Shown: one piece after another, positions 12,570 through 23,085 of the stretch
Position numbering within the stretch: position 1 is the first letter of the stretch
Layout: the number at the start of each line of letters is the position of its first letter
From: the human T2T-CHM13v2.0 reference genome, Homo sapiens
Reading direction: 5' to 3' (one strand)
Length of the DNA stretch: 64,000 bases
NCBI RefSeq assembly: GCF_009914755.1
Contig: NC_060930.1
Notes under the pieces: generated by a model
What the model saw: only the letters and a program-made list of their open reading frames with translations
Database searches by the model: none
Told to the model about the DNA's origin: nothing
Translations under genes and position numbers: made by a program

Positions 12570-12940
12570 GCATCTCTGCCAACTGGCTCCTCAACCTCAC
12601 TTGAAAATCGTCAGTGATGGAGACTCAGCACCATCCAAAGTAGCCCTTTCTATCTTCACACAGTTCTGTTGGTTAAAATGTTCCTTATGTTAATCTAAAT
12701 TGTTCCTACAATTTCTACTTCTCCATCTGGGGCTTCACGTAATACATCTGATCCTTCTTCAAGGAGGTTACTTAAAGAAAGCAAGTATATCATACTGAGA
12801 TTTAACTTCTCCAAGTTAAATACTTCCAGTCCCTTTTATTTGATCCTATATGTCCAAGGTTTTCCAACTGTTCAGCACCTACTCACCTCTTTCTGGGCAA
12901 ACTAAATTGGCTGAGTCAATTTCAAGGCATGGCACCCAAC
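12570..12940 (-). mobile_element. L3/CR1 LINE 3' ORF2 relic
   Basis: cacttgaaaatcgtcagtgatggagactcagcacc...cagttctgttggttaaaatgttcctt...ttctccaagttaaatacttccagtccc matches the reverse-complemented CR1 3' region. Confidence 0.7.
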
Positions 12941-13009
12941 CAGCCACACTGAGAAATCACCTCTGTCATCACTACCATACAAGTGACTATTGTGGACGTT
13001 CCCTTGAAT

Positions 13010-13150
13010 GGGGATTTTATATTTACTATTGATAATATTACTCAGTGGCATAGGCACAATTGTTCCCCATTTGGAATTGGGGAAACTGAGGTTCGGAGAA
13101 GTTGTGACCTGCCCAGGACCACAGAATTAGCCGATAACTCACGACTGTCT
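13010..13150 (-). mobile_element. MIR SINE
   Basis: ggggaaactgaggttcggagaagttgtgacctgcccaggaccacag. Confidence 0.75.
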
Positions 13151-13214
13151 CAGGCCATGTTTGTTCTGCTATGACCCACTATTTTGAACACTAAGAGGTA
13201 AAGCAATGAGCAGC

Positions 13215-13869
13215 TGTCACGTTCACAACGACACCAAATGTCCTGCTTGTGGTCAGGTTCCAGCCCATGCTGAGGTTCAATGGGAGTGGGTGGTCCGGCA
13301 GATAGCTGAAAGAACACTCCGCGGGCTGTAAGCACATGAAATGTAGTTTTATCCAGCAGCTCTCTCATCAGCAGCTTATGCGCACTAGCTCTCTCACACT
13401 GTCCGCCTTGTCTCAACTGTGCGCCTCCTCTCAGCAGCCGGCTCTGCGGCTCCTGCTGCTCCCACACCTTCAGCTGCACTCCCTGGCTTGCAAGGCCAGC
13501 TCTGTCAGGGTCTGCAGCTTAACTCTTTCTATCTGGGCACAGGCCAGTTCCTGGCTCCCCCCTGCCCCGCCTTCAAGGCAACAGGCTCTCCCTTACAGGG
13601 GTTAGTAGTGTTATTCTCTCTGGGCACGCACATGAGCCGTGCCATGCCATGCCCTACAGTGCCGAACTGAGCCTCTTGCACAGCGTCAGCAGGGCAGTTA
13701 CACCTTCTACAGACAATAATGGCACAGAGCCAAGGGATGGCCTTGCCACGTTATGGCAACATGGCTGTGATAACAAGTGGAGTTCCACACCTGTGCTCTA
13801 AACTTGCTGAGTCACTCTGGATGTTTACCTTGGCCTATCCTTGACCAAAGCACAGCCATGTTCCTTACA
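13215..13869 (-). mobile_element. LTR18 (LTR18B-like; HERV-S/HERVL18) solo LTR
   Basis: reverse complement begins TGTAAGGAACATGGCTGTGCTTTGGTCAAGGATAGGCC and ends GAACGTGACA; TSD gcagc/gcaac (4/5). Confidence 0.85.
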
Positions 13870-14340
13870 GCAACCCACTTACAGACAGTGAAGTTGATGA
13901 AGCCTGGTGGAGAAGTGAGATCCTGTGGCTCTCCATCCACAGGGCTTCAGAGGAAGACAAGGGCAGGGGAGCCAGAGGGATCCTGAGCCCAAGGGCCCTT
14001 CTCCACCTAGATGTAGGCACTGTGCCTTTTCGGCCCCGCAGTGACCCTGCCTTCTTGACTGGGGGAAATGGCTCAGATCCAGGACACCTGGCCCAGCATC
14101 TTCCTCCCCAAACAAACCCAGAGGAGGGAGGCACACAGAGCAACAGCATCTCCTGGCTTCTCACCAACCGGAAACCCTGAAACACACAGCCACAGTTTTA
14201 TCATGTTTATTTTAATATGTTTTAGGCAAATAGCTTCAATAGAAATGCTCATCTCTGAGTGCAGCTGAATAAAGCCCTCAGCTTTTCTCAATGTTTGAGA
14301 CAGAAAGGAAATCATGTGTTAATAATTCATCAGAGGTCTT

Positions 14341-14374
14341 TGTGTGTGTCTGTGTGTGTGTGTCTCTGTGTGTC
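14341..14374. repeat. imperfect (TG)n microsatellite
   Basis: tgtgtgtgtctgtgtgtgtgtgtctctgtgtgtc. Confidence 0.9.
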
Positions 14375-15224
14375 TAAGGCTACTGAGAACAAGTCTCATA
14401 TTTCTCATTTATAGGTCTCTGATATCATCCGACAGAAATCCGTTCTTAAGTGAAATATTGATAGGTTTATTCTGCCATCTTAAGCATGCCTCCTAAATTG
14501 TTGTAATTAAGGCTAGCAAAGAGGGGTGGCAGCAGAGAGGGCAGAGCAGGGATGCTGACACTAGACCTGAGAACGCATACACACACACACAAATCACACA
14601 CGCTCACACAAACTGGCTGGAGAGTAACAGTCAGCTGCCCTGAACAGAGCTGATGGCTGAACTCCCGAAGAAGAGTCACAAAAAGGCAGCTTAGACTCCT
14701 GCTCCCAGATTGAAACCCCTTCCCCATCCAAATCCACTTTGGATCTAAACCTTCTCACCCAACCCGTTATAGTAGTCTCATGTTAATTTCAGTGGCCACA
14801 ATCTGTCACTTGTGGACCAGCACTTCAGAAGACTCTGAGAACCGGGTCTTTAAGACAAGGAGATGCCCAAGGGGAAAAAACTACAGTCCCTGCCCCAGGA
14901 AGGCCACCCCAGGTGGTCTGCCCATGAGCCCTGCAGACTTGGGGGTGAGAGTGTTGGTGACTGGTTGGAGTGAGTCTTGGAGGGCAGTAAGGGACGGGAG
15001 ACAAGAGACTGGAGAATGAAGCCTCAAGTAGATGTGGGCAGGCCAGGAAAGACAGGAATTAGTAACACAGGAACACACAGCAGGGTGTAAAAGAGATTCC
15101 TGTTTTCAAACTCTAGTTTACTGCTCCACAGCTCAGAGGGAAGAAAGGGCCCGAGAGCGTGTATGAGTATTCTAGGGGGCTTGGCTACGCTTGTTTGGAG
15201 CCTGAAGAGTTGTTTCTTTCATGT

Positions 15225-15362
15225 TCCTCTTCTATCTCCTTCTGACTACGTGTTCCTCCTTCTCTCCCTCTTCCTTCCTTTCTCCTTCTCTCCATCCCTT
15301 TCTCCCCCCGCCTTCTTCTTCTTCCCATCATCCTACCTTCTTTCTCTGTTTATTATTTCTTT
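15225..15362. repeat. CT-rich low-complexity tract
   Basis: almost pure pyrimidine run. Confidence 0.8.
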
Positions 15363-16026
15363 CCCAGGAAGAATCAGAAGCAACTGGTAAACATTTATCA
15401 GAGAGGCTTTAATTAAAACATGAAACACTCAGCTGCAGCCCAAGCTCCTTTCCAGCACTCTGTCCTCTCAGCAGTTAATTATTTAAGGTAAAGTAATGCG
15501 GGTCCTGTTCTGTATATGAGATACCATACTAATGGAAGGTAATCCTGCTATAGCACTGGCTCAGGGGAAAGCTCAGTGGGCTGTCCTCTGGAGGACTCAT
15601 CTGATACACCTGCTCAGGTATCCCTTTCCTTCTAAGTCCCTAAGTGGAAGCAAGATGCCAGAGCACCCTTCTCCTAAAGACCCTTTCTCCCTACCTGAGA
15701 ACTCTCCTTATCTTAATTAGGAAATGCAAGAACTATAGAAGGAGTGGAGATAATGGGATCAAAGTGTGGTGATGGGGAAAGTGTTCTTTTTAGATGACAG
15801 TGGCAAAAAGTGGGGAGAAATGGAACCTGCTTGTGGCGTGAAAATGGGGGCAGAATGTTATTATTGGTAAAATGTTTTCAACAGCAAACACAACAGGACA
15901 CACGCCAGAAGGGGAGGCTGTTGTTTTTCAGATTAGGGGGTTGGAATGAGAAATCAGGTCAGGGTAGTAAAAGAAATCAGACTTGGAGTAGAGTCTCCAG
16001 AGGAGCTGTGAGTCCTGATCATATGC

Positions 16027-16150
16027 ATTCATTCATTCATCCATTTATTTACTCATTCATCAACTGTTTGTTATACATGAGCAACGTGCCAAGCACTGTG
16101 TAAGGCACTGGGGCCAACGCTGGAAATGAACAGTCCCTGGCCTAAAGGAA
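16027..16150 (-). mobile_element. L2 3' end
   Basis: cattcattcattcatccatttatt...gtgccaagcactgtgtaaggcactgggg. Confidence 0.8.
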
Positions 16151-16769
16151 CAACCCAAGACCATAGCACCTGCATACAGCCTTGGTCTCTAGTCTATCTC
16201 CCTGAGACAGACACATGTCCTCAGCATTGCTAGGGTGCAAAGGTCATCAGAGAATGACAGTTGTGGGAGGCATAGGGGTGGACAGGACAAGATGGTTCCT
16301 TAGAACCATTCATCCTAAGACAGAGAGGTGCGCAGATCGCAGCGTGTCAGACCTAGAAGGCCTTCAAAACCACTGGGTTAGTCCAAATGTCTTAGAAGAC
16401 TGAACTCAGAGAGAGGTTGACACAAAGCCACACAGCTGGCCTATGACCTAACCGAGATCAATCAGGACAAGCCCTACAGACAAGAATTAAGGGGCAACAT
16501 CACACAGAAGATATTGTCCGCAATAATATACTTCTCAGATGCCCAGGAAGACCAGGTTCACATATGTGCCCAGCACCTGGCAGGATGCCAGGCACATAGC
16601 AGGTGCTCACTCAGAGCTTACAGGGCATAAGGAGAGTGTCTGAGCCAGGCCACCTCCCTGGCCAACCTAGCTACGTGCTTGGAGGCAGACCTGGAACCAG
16701 AAACTGTGGCATAGAGAGCATACAGACGTTAAAGGAAAATGCACGTACCTAGTCCTCAATCCTCTGCCG

Positions 16770-16771
16770 GC

Positions 16772-16802
<31 letters not shown>
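16770..16802. repeat. (CG)2(TG)n alternating purine-pyrimidine tract (Z-DNA prone)
   Basis: gcgcgtgtgtgtg...tg. Confidence 0.9.
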
Positions 16803-16804
<2 letters not shown>

Positions 16805-16879
16805 AAAGAGACAGAGAGATCTTTGAAAAATATGACTACATTTTTGGGGGAGTGGGGTGGGAAAGATTGACCTCACTTA

Positions 16880-17110
16880 TGGTGCAGAGCACATGGAAGC
16901 GTGGGAGAGGGAGAACTCAACAGATTTGGATCCAATTCTCATTTCAAACTCTTAGTTGCTGTGCAATCTTGTGCAAGTTACTAAACATTTTGAGCCTTGT
17001 TTGCCTCATTTGTAAAATGGGCATAATAAACCCTATTATCTCCAGAAGGCATGAGGATTAGGGTGTGTGAAGAGCTGTGGGTATGGTGCTGACCCACACA
17101 AGGAGACTGA
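16880..17110 (+). mobile_element. MIR SINE
   Basis: gctgtgcaatcttgtgcaagttac...gcctcatttgtaaaatgggcataataa. Confidence 0.8.
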
Positions 17111-17564
17111 TAAAAGGTATCATGGCAGTTATCACCTTGGGCTGTTAGGAAAAGAGCCAAGCATCTTCTGAATAGGCACCACTCAAGTTGGAACAGGTGA
17201 CCCAGGAGTTTCACAGACAGTGGGCAGACTCTCTGCATTTTTCTTTTGTTTCTTTTTTTTCTACCGGATAATTCACAAATGCAATCATTTGCTTGAGGAT
17301 AACTGGGAATGAACTCACATTTCCCAGCATGAGGCATAAAAAGTGAAAAATGTAAGAGGAAAAGAAACATCATGCCCTTCAGTTTCCAATTTGCACAGCA
17401 CATTCGCACCTATATCATCTCTATACTCCAGCTTTCTAGCCTCCATCTCCCAAAGAGCCAAGAAGGCATGGTGCAGGGTCTGTGGATCCCCAAAAGGATA
17501 TGTTGTCTTTCTGTTCATTTTTCTGAAGACAGTCTGTAGCTTTCCTAAAGACTCTTCATCCTCA

Positions 17565-17665
17565 GGGAATCCTCAGCCCAAGCAAAGAAGACACAGCCCT
17601 GCATCAGGGGGCCCTAGCCTGAGGGGAAAACACAGCCCTGCCCTCAGAGAGCCCCATTCTGAGGC
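17565..17665 (+). repeat. 2-3 units of the ~39-bp CCTCAGGGAGCCCCAGTCTGAGGGGAGACACAGCC family
   Basis: cagggggccctagcctgaggggaaaacacagccctgccctcagagagccccattctgagg. Confidence 0.75.
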
Positions 17666-18604
17666 CAAGCAACGTGAGCCCACTGAGCCATGGGCACTGG
17701 AGAGAGATATGACAAAGGCAGGGTCCAAGTGGAGGACTCAGGGCCAGGCCTGCACCCCCACCCCCGCCCGCGACCCCCTCTGCAGCCCTCCAAACTTGAA
17801 GGCTTGTGCTAAATTCAGGCAGCACGCAGTTGCAGACCCTCAGCAAGCAATTAGTATTCTAAACATGAAATTAATTTGTCCTACAAATATGAGAACCTAG
17901 TAATTTGTTTCACTTTTATTTTATTGTCAGATAGGATTCATTTTCTACATGATTTTATGGTTGGATAGGATTCATTAGAAATTTTTCTCCAACTACTTCT
18001 CTTTAAAAAAAAAAAAATCCCTTTTCTGTGCAGCCAGTGGCTGAGCTAGCCTTAGCTTTTCCTTTTAATACTCCAAATAAGTGCCCATTTCCACGCAAAG
18101 TCCCTTGCTATAGCCCCGGGTTGTGCACCTCAGTTTCACTTTAATTTCCAACTCTGAAAAGCCGGCTACCGAAATGAAGATAAATCTTTCTGGAAGCTCC
18201 TGCAATGGGACCTTTGATAATGGAGCGGTCAGGACAGTTAATGGCTCTGATGCTTCTCTGTGTTATTTACTGACAGCATGATCCTCACTCAATAACAACT
18301 ATCATTTATTTAGCACCCACCTGGGCCAGGTGCTGGGCTGGGTCACTTAAATTCATTACCCGCTCTCCCTTCAACCTCTGCCTGTGCCCTCCTTACCATC
18401 AGATCACTGCAAACAGACCCCCTAAGGGTATGCTCAGCCCTCTCTGAATAGAACCCAAAAATGCCAACCCTAGCCTATCTTCCAAAGCTGCTTCAGCTTT
18501 GACCATGGTCTCTGCTTTGTCTGGTGTCCTATTCACTGACCTCAGCTGTACTCTCAGAACTAGGCCCCTGCATATCTCTTCTTTTATTATATAAGCAGGC
18601 ACTT

Positions 18605-18745
18605 GGGCTTGATCTCCCTCATCAGACTAGATAATGAGGCTGTACATCCTCCATCAGATCAGCACAGGCTAGCTCTCCCCTCTCAGACTGGGTGGGGTGA
18701 GACTAGACTCTCCCTGAGGCCAGGGAGTGTCTCCCCGCTCAGACA
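18605..18745 (-). repeat. degenerate units of the same ~39-bp family, opposite strand
   Basis: reverse complement contains gtctgagcggggagacactccctggcctcagggag and cccagtctgagaggggagag. Confidence 0.55.
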
Positions 18746-18839
18746 AGGATCGTACTACCAAGAATGGCAGGGTCAGAGTCTCAGGGTCACTCCCTCCCAC
18801 ACAGGGCAGTTCACCTTGTCACAGTTTCTCACTGCATGA

Positions 18840-19046
18840 CTTCTCTTTTTATAGCACAGACCCCAACCGTAATTAATCATCTGCATAATTGTCTATTTAG
18901 CATCTATCTTCCCCTCTGGGCTATAAGGTTTGGGCAGACACGGACAAGACTGGCCTGCTCACTGCCATATCTCAGCACCTGTCACACTCTCTGGCACAAA
19001 GGGGTCCCCAGTAACTGTCTGCTAAATGGACAAATGAAAGAATGAA
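18840..19046 (+). mobile_element. L2 3' end
   Basis: gctcactgccatatctcagcacctgtcacactctctggcaca...aaatgaaagaatgaa. Confidence 0.75.
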
Positions 19047-19219
19047 GTGCTCCAGACACACACACTGTCATAGAGGACCCAGGACTCAGAACTCACATGT
19101 CTGTCAGGGCTAGATAAATTTCCTAAAGAATGCTGAATTATCTCATAGGGTTCTCCCAACAGCTCTGTAAGATGGGCATTCAAAGGCAAGGCAGCGGAAG
19201 GGTAAGAAGCAAGACCACC

Positions 19220-19660
19220 TGGATCTGGAGCTCACTTTTGCTCCTCGCCAGCTTGTGATCTTGGGGAAGTTTTTAAATTTCTCTGTACCTTGATTGCTCC
19301 ATCTGTACAAATGGGAATAATAATAGATTTGCCTTAATTTCATGGGCCAGACCCACTTCAGCCTCAGGGTCTTTGCATTCTTTAGGACAGGGAGCCAGGG
19401 CAATCAAGTTATGACCATGATGTGTTATAAACACACCTTGCCACCAGTCACTTCCACCTTGGACAACACCTAGACAGTGGGTGTTTCTACCTGATCCAGG
19501 GTTAAAGAATAAGGGACTAGCTTAGTCTATGTCCTTTGAGAAACAGATGCCAAGAATATAAGAGAGAATAACATAGACCTGGATTGCATAATACATGTAA
19601 AGCACTCAGAACAGTGCTTAGCACAGAGTAGGCATTCAATTAGTGTTAGCTACTATCACT
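19220..19660 (+). mobile_element. MIR SINE split by a ~240-bp templated insertion (19328-19570)
   Basis: 5' half ends catctgtacaaatgggaataataatag; 3' half is ataatacatgtaaagcactcagaacagtgcttagcacagagtagg. Confidence 0.85.
19328..19570 (+). repeat. local direct duplicate of 20111-20352
   Basis: both read tttgccttaatt(t/c)catggg(c/t)cagacccact(t/c)cagcctcagggtctttgcattctttaggacaggga... Confidence 0.95.
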
Positions 19661-19669
19661 ACCATTATT

Positions 19670-19805
19670 AGCATCACCTTTGTACAGATGTGGAAACTAA
19701 GGCTTCAAGAGGCTAATTAACTTGTCCAAGGTTCCAGGGCTAATCAATGGGCAAGCAGGGCTATGAATTCTGAGTTTGGACTCCTGGTCTGGAACTCTAA
19801 TGGCC
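19670..19805 (-). mobile_element. MIR SINE
   Basis: tgtacagatgtggaaactaaggcttc...aacttgtccaagg. Confidence 0.75.
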
Positions 19806-20299
19806 ATTATACTTCCTTCTCTTCTAGGATAGAGCAGTTGGGCAATGCTCATTAAGAAGCATCGGAAGGGGTCTTAGGAGGAAACAAGCCACTTCTGGTG
19901 TTACAGCCTTGGAGAAATTAACCAACAAGGGCTAAATCCTGCTTCTGATGGGCAAGAAGGAGGAGCAATAAGAAGAAAACCATGAAAAGGCTGAGTCCTG
20001 GCCTCCAGGAAAGACTACTGTGCTTTAGGCTGAGAATGATGTCCCAGGATTGCCACAAGACCCTACAGGATCTGGCCCCTTCAAATCTCTGAACTCAGCT
20101 ACTATGACTCTTTGCCTTAATTCCATGGGTCAGACCCACTCCAGCCTCAGGGTCTTTGCATTCTTTAGGACAGGGACCTGGCAATCAAGTTATGATCATC
20201 ATGAGTTATAAACACACGTTTGCTGCCAGTCACCTCCATCTTGGACAATGCCTAGACAGTGAGCATCTCTGCCTGATCCAGGGGTTGGAGAATAAGGGA

Positions 20300-20764
20300 C
20301 AGGATTAGTCTATGTCCCCCCGAGAAATATATGCCAGGAATACAAGACAGAAGATATGCCTGTGAGTAAAAATAGGGAAAAGGCTGGAAGACGCTGGGAG
20401 AACTGTCAAATTACAGTGCTGGTCTGACTCCTGTAGAGGAGAGTGGGAAGGAAGGAAGATTGAGTGAAAAAAATCTTAGTCTCAATGCAGTTTGAAGAAA
20501 GTTAGACTAGTGGGGTAAAGCCAGTGTGAGTTGTCGGGGGAGAGAGTTAAACCAAAGCCAAAGTCTCCCCTTCCCCATCTGGCAGGAATGGGTCTGCCTT
20601 AAGTTTCTAGCCATTGTCCCATTCAGTCAGTGGCTGGAAGCAGCCGGGGAGAAGCATGGCCTTAGCTCCAACATGGCAGTGGGTTCAGAGCTCAGCAGCT
20701 GGGGCTGTCAGGCAGTTATGCTCCCTGCAGAAGATCTGGGAGGTGCAATTTCATAACTGCCACA
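20300..20764 (-). mobile_element. LTR16A-like ERVL LTR
   Basis: reverse complement begins TGTGGCAGTTATGAAATTGCACCTCCCAGATCTTCTGCAGGGAGCATAACTGCCTGACAGCCCCAGCTGCTG. Confidence 0.75.
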
Positions 20765-21819
20765 AGCCAGACCCCTGCCTCTGAGAAGCCCATCTCAGAA
20801 GTTTTGTCAACCAACACACTCCCTACCTCCAGTGCCCTGTAAAGTGAGGTGGCCTGAGACTCCCTCCCTGAGGCACCACCAGGCATCAATGCTAGAGATA
20901 GGATGAACACACTGGGCCATCTGTTTCTGGCCACAGGTCAGCCTCCAAGGGCCTCACTAGAAAAACTCAGTGTCACCCCAGGGGATGGCTGGGGCTTCTG
21001 CCTCCAGAGAGGATGGTCCCTAGGCCTGGGTTCTGTTTTCAAGTTTCCTTTAGGAGACCTTTCTGTCAGGTTTTCTGTGGCACAGGCCCAATCAGTTTAC
21101 CACGATGGGAAAATATCAGGGTCCGGGTGCTGAGAACTCAGCAGGCCTCAGCATCAGTCAGCTCCTGCTGCGACCGGCCTATCCTGTCTCCACAGGGAGG
21201 TTTCAGTGCCTCCTCACTGGTCACTGTAAGGCTTAAACGGGAGAAGGCAGCTGAAAATAACCAGCTAAGAGCCGGCCTCCTGCAAGGGGGCCTCCCTTCC
21301 TGCTTCTCTCACATCTCTGATCTTATGCTCTCTGGCAGACATGCTGCCTCTGATGCCAACGCAATTTGCTGGTTACATAACATGCGTCTTCACTGGTGGC
21401 AAGTCTTACTCACTGGAGAGGTTCCAAATTAATAATCTATTATTCATGCCATCCACAGTCTTTCTCCACAGACAACCTCAAAAGGAAAGAAAAGCTATAT
21501 GCAAAGAAAAAGAGAGGGGAAGGCCATCCTTGGAACCAAGCAGGGCCTGAGAGCTAATATCTTCTGAAGGCATAGAGACCAGGACAGATGCTCGGCAGGG
21601 GCCACTGACCTGACAGAGCCCTTCAAGTGTCTCGGAGGAGTTTCTGTTCTTTGTTTTTTTGAGACCCAAGGTCATCAGCAGAAGAATCAGGGAGGGAAGC
21701 AGCTCCTGGAGCCTGAAGAGCTCCTGGGGGATCTCAGAACCAGGCTAGGTCGATTAAGCCTCCCTGACCTGTGACATCACTACAGCTCCCACATGAAGAC
21801 CCCTTCCTAGATACTGAGG

Positions 21820-21955
21820 TGGGGCTGGTGGACAAGAAATATAAATAGGGAGGAGACAGACCCACAGACTCCCACAGTCTCCCAGTCTACCTGATTTCTA
21901 CCACAGTCTGTGGGACTGTCTCCTCCCTGTTTATATTTCTTGTCCACCAGCTCCA
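21820..21955. repeat. long inverted repeat, 51-bp arms (48/51 complementary), 34-bp spacer
   Basis: left arm 21820-21870 tggggctggtggacaagaaatataaatagggaggagacagacccacagact; right arm 21905-21955 is its reverse complement with 3 differences. Confidence 0.97.
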
Positions 21956-21962
21956 ATCTATG

Positions 21963-23085
21963 GAGCCCCAGTCCAAGGGGAGACACACTCCCATCCTCAG
22001 AGAGCCCCAGTTTGAGGGGAGATGCAACCCCGTCCTCAGGGAGCCCCAGCCTGAGGGGAGGCACAGCCCCATCCTAAGGAAGCCCCAGTCTGAGGGAATG
22101 AAAAAACCTTTGCAAAATTATAACTGAGGAAATTATGACAGTGAAAGAAATCACGCCTAACTGACTCCATCTTGCTTCTAGCCTTTAAGCTGCCCTTGTT
22201 CATCCCTGGGCGTAGGCTGAACTAACTTTGGGAAGGAGTTCAGTTCATGGTTTGACTCTGAAACAAAATTGAAAACAGCCCTTTCCAGAAAAGACCCCCT
22301 TCTTGCCTGGGGACCACTTTTGCAGAACTAACAAATTAGCTACAAGATTAGAAATTATAATTTAGGGGTCCTTCAGCCTCTGGCTCCAAGAGTCTGAACC
22401 TCCCCAAATTGCTCCTGGGGATAACACTGCTATTGTAAAACCTAAGATCAGTGCTTGAGATACTTTACAGACCCCGCACTCAATGAATCAGTTGACAACC
22501 AGTTCTGCCATCCCACCCAGGAACAGAAGACAGCAATAAAACTTCATTTCAACCCCTTATGATTCTATCTCTAACCTGACCAATCAGCACTCCCCACCTT
22601 CCAAGCCCCTACCCACCAAATTATCTTTAAAGACTCTGATCCCTGAATGCTAGGGGAGACTTATTTGAGTAATAATATAATTCTGGCCTGCCGCACAGCC
22701 GGCTCTGAGTGAATTACTCTTTTTCCATTGCAATTCCCTTGTCTTGATAAATTGGTTCTGTCTGGGCAAGGTGAACCCCTTGGGCAGCTATAGGGAGACG
22801 CAACCCTGTCCTCAGGGAGCCCCAGTCTGAGGGAGACACAGCCCCGTCTTCAGGGGTCCTCAGTCTGAGGGAGATGCAGCTCTGTCCTCAGGGAGCCCCA
22901 GTCTGAGGGAAGACACAGCCCCATCCTCAGGGGGCCCCAGTCTGAGGGGAGACACAGCCTTTTCCTCAGGGAGCCCCAGTCTGAGGGGACACACAGTCCC
23001 AAACTCAGGGATCCCCAGCCTGTTAAGAGATAAAACTCCTTCCCTCAGGAGGCTCCTATTCTAAAGAAAGAAACACAGAACCTAT
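21963..23085 (+). repeat. 38-39-bp minisatellite (about 11 units) interrupted by LTR8
   Basis: units start at 21963, 22002, 22041, 22080 (split by the LTR), 22817, 22855, 22893, 22932, 22971, 23010 and about 23050. Confidence 0.95.
22099..22792 (+). mobile_element. LTR8/LTR8A ERV1 solo LTR
   Basis: TGAAAAAACCTTTGCAAAATTATAACTGAGGAAATTATGACAGTGAAAG...GGTGAACCCCTTGGGCAGCTATA; 4-bp TSD ggaa/ggga. Confidence 0.9.

Noticed and set aside
12622-12645. REST/NRSE-like tcagcaccat
   Set aside because: The right half-site GGACAG is absent and the site lies inside an L3 relic
17343-17900. 185-aa ORF
   Set aside because: Non-ATG start, crosses the minisatellite-like units, and shows no protein-family signature
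21963-23085. CRISPR-like appearance (palindromic repeats at a fixed period next to a hairpin 'leader')
   Set aside because: The linkers are homologous to each other rather than unique spacers, there are no cas genes, and the DNA is primate; it is a minisatellite
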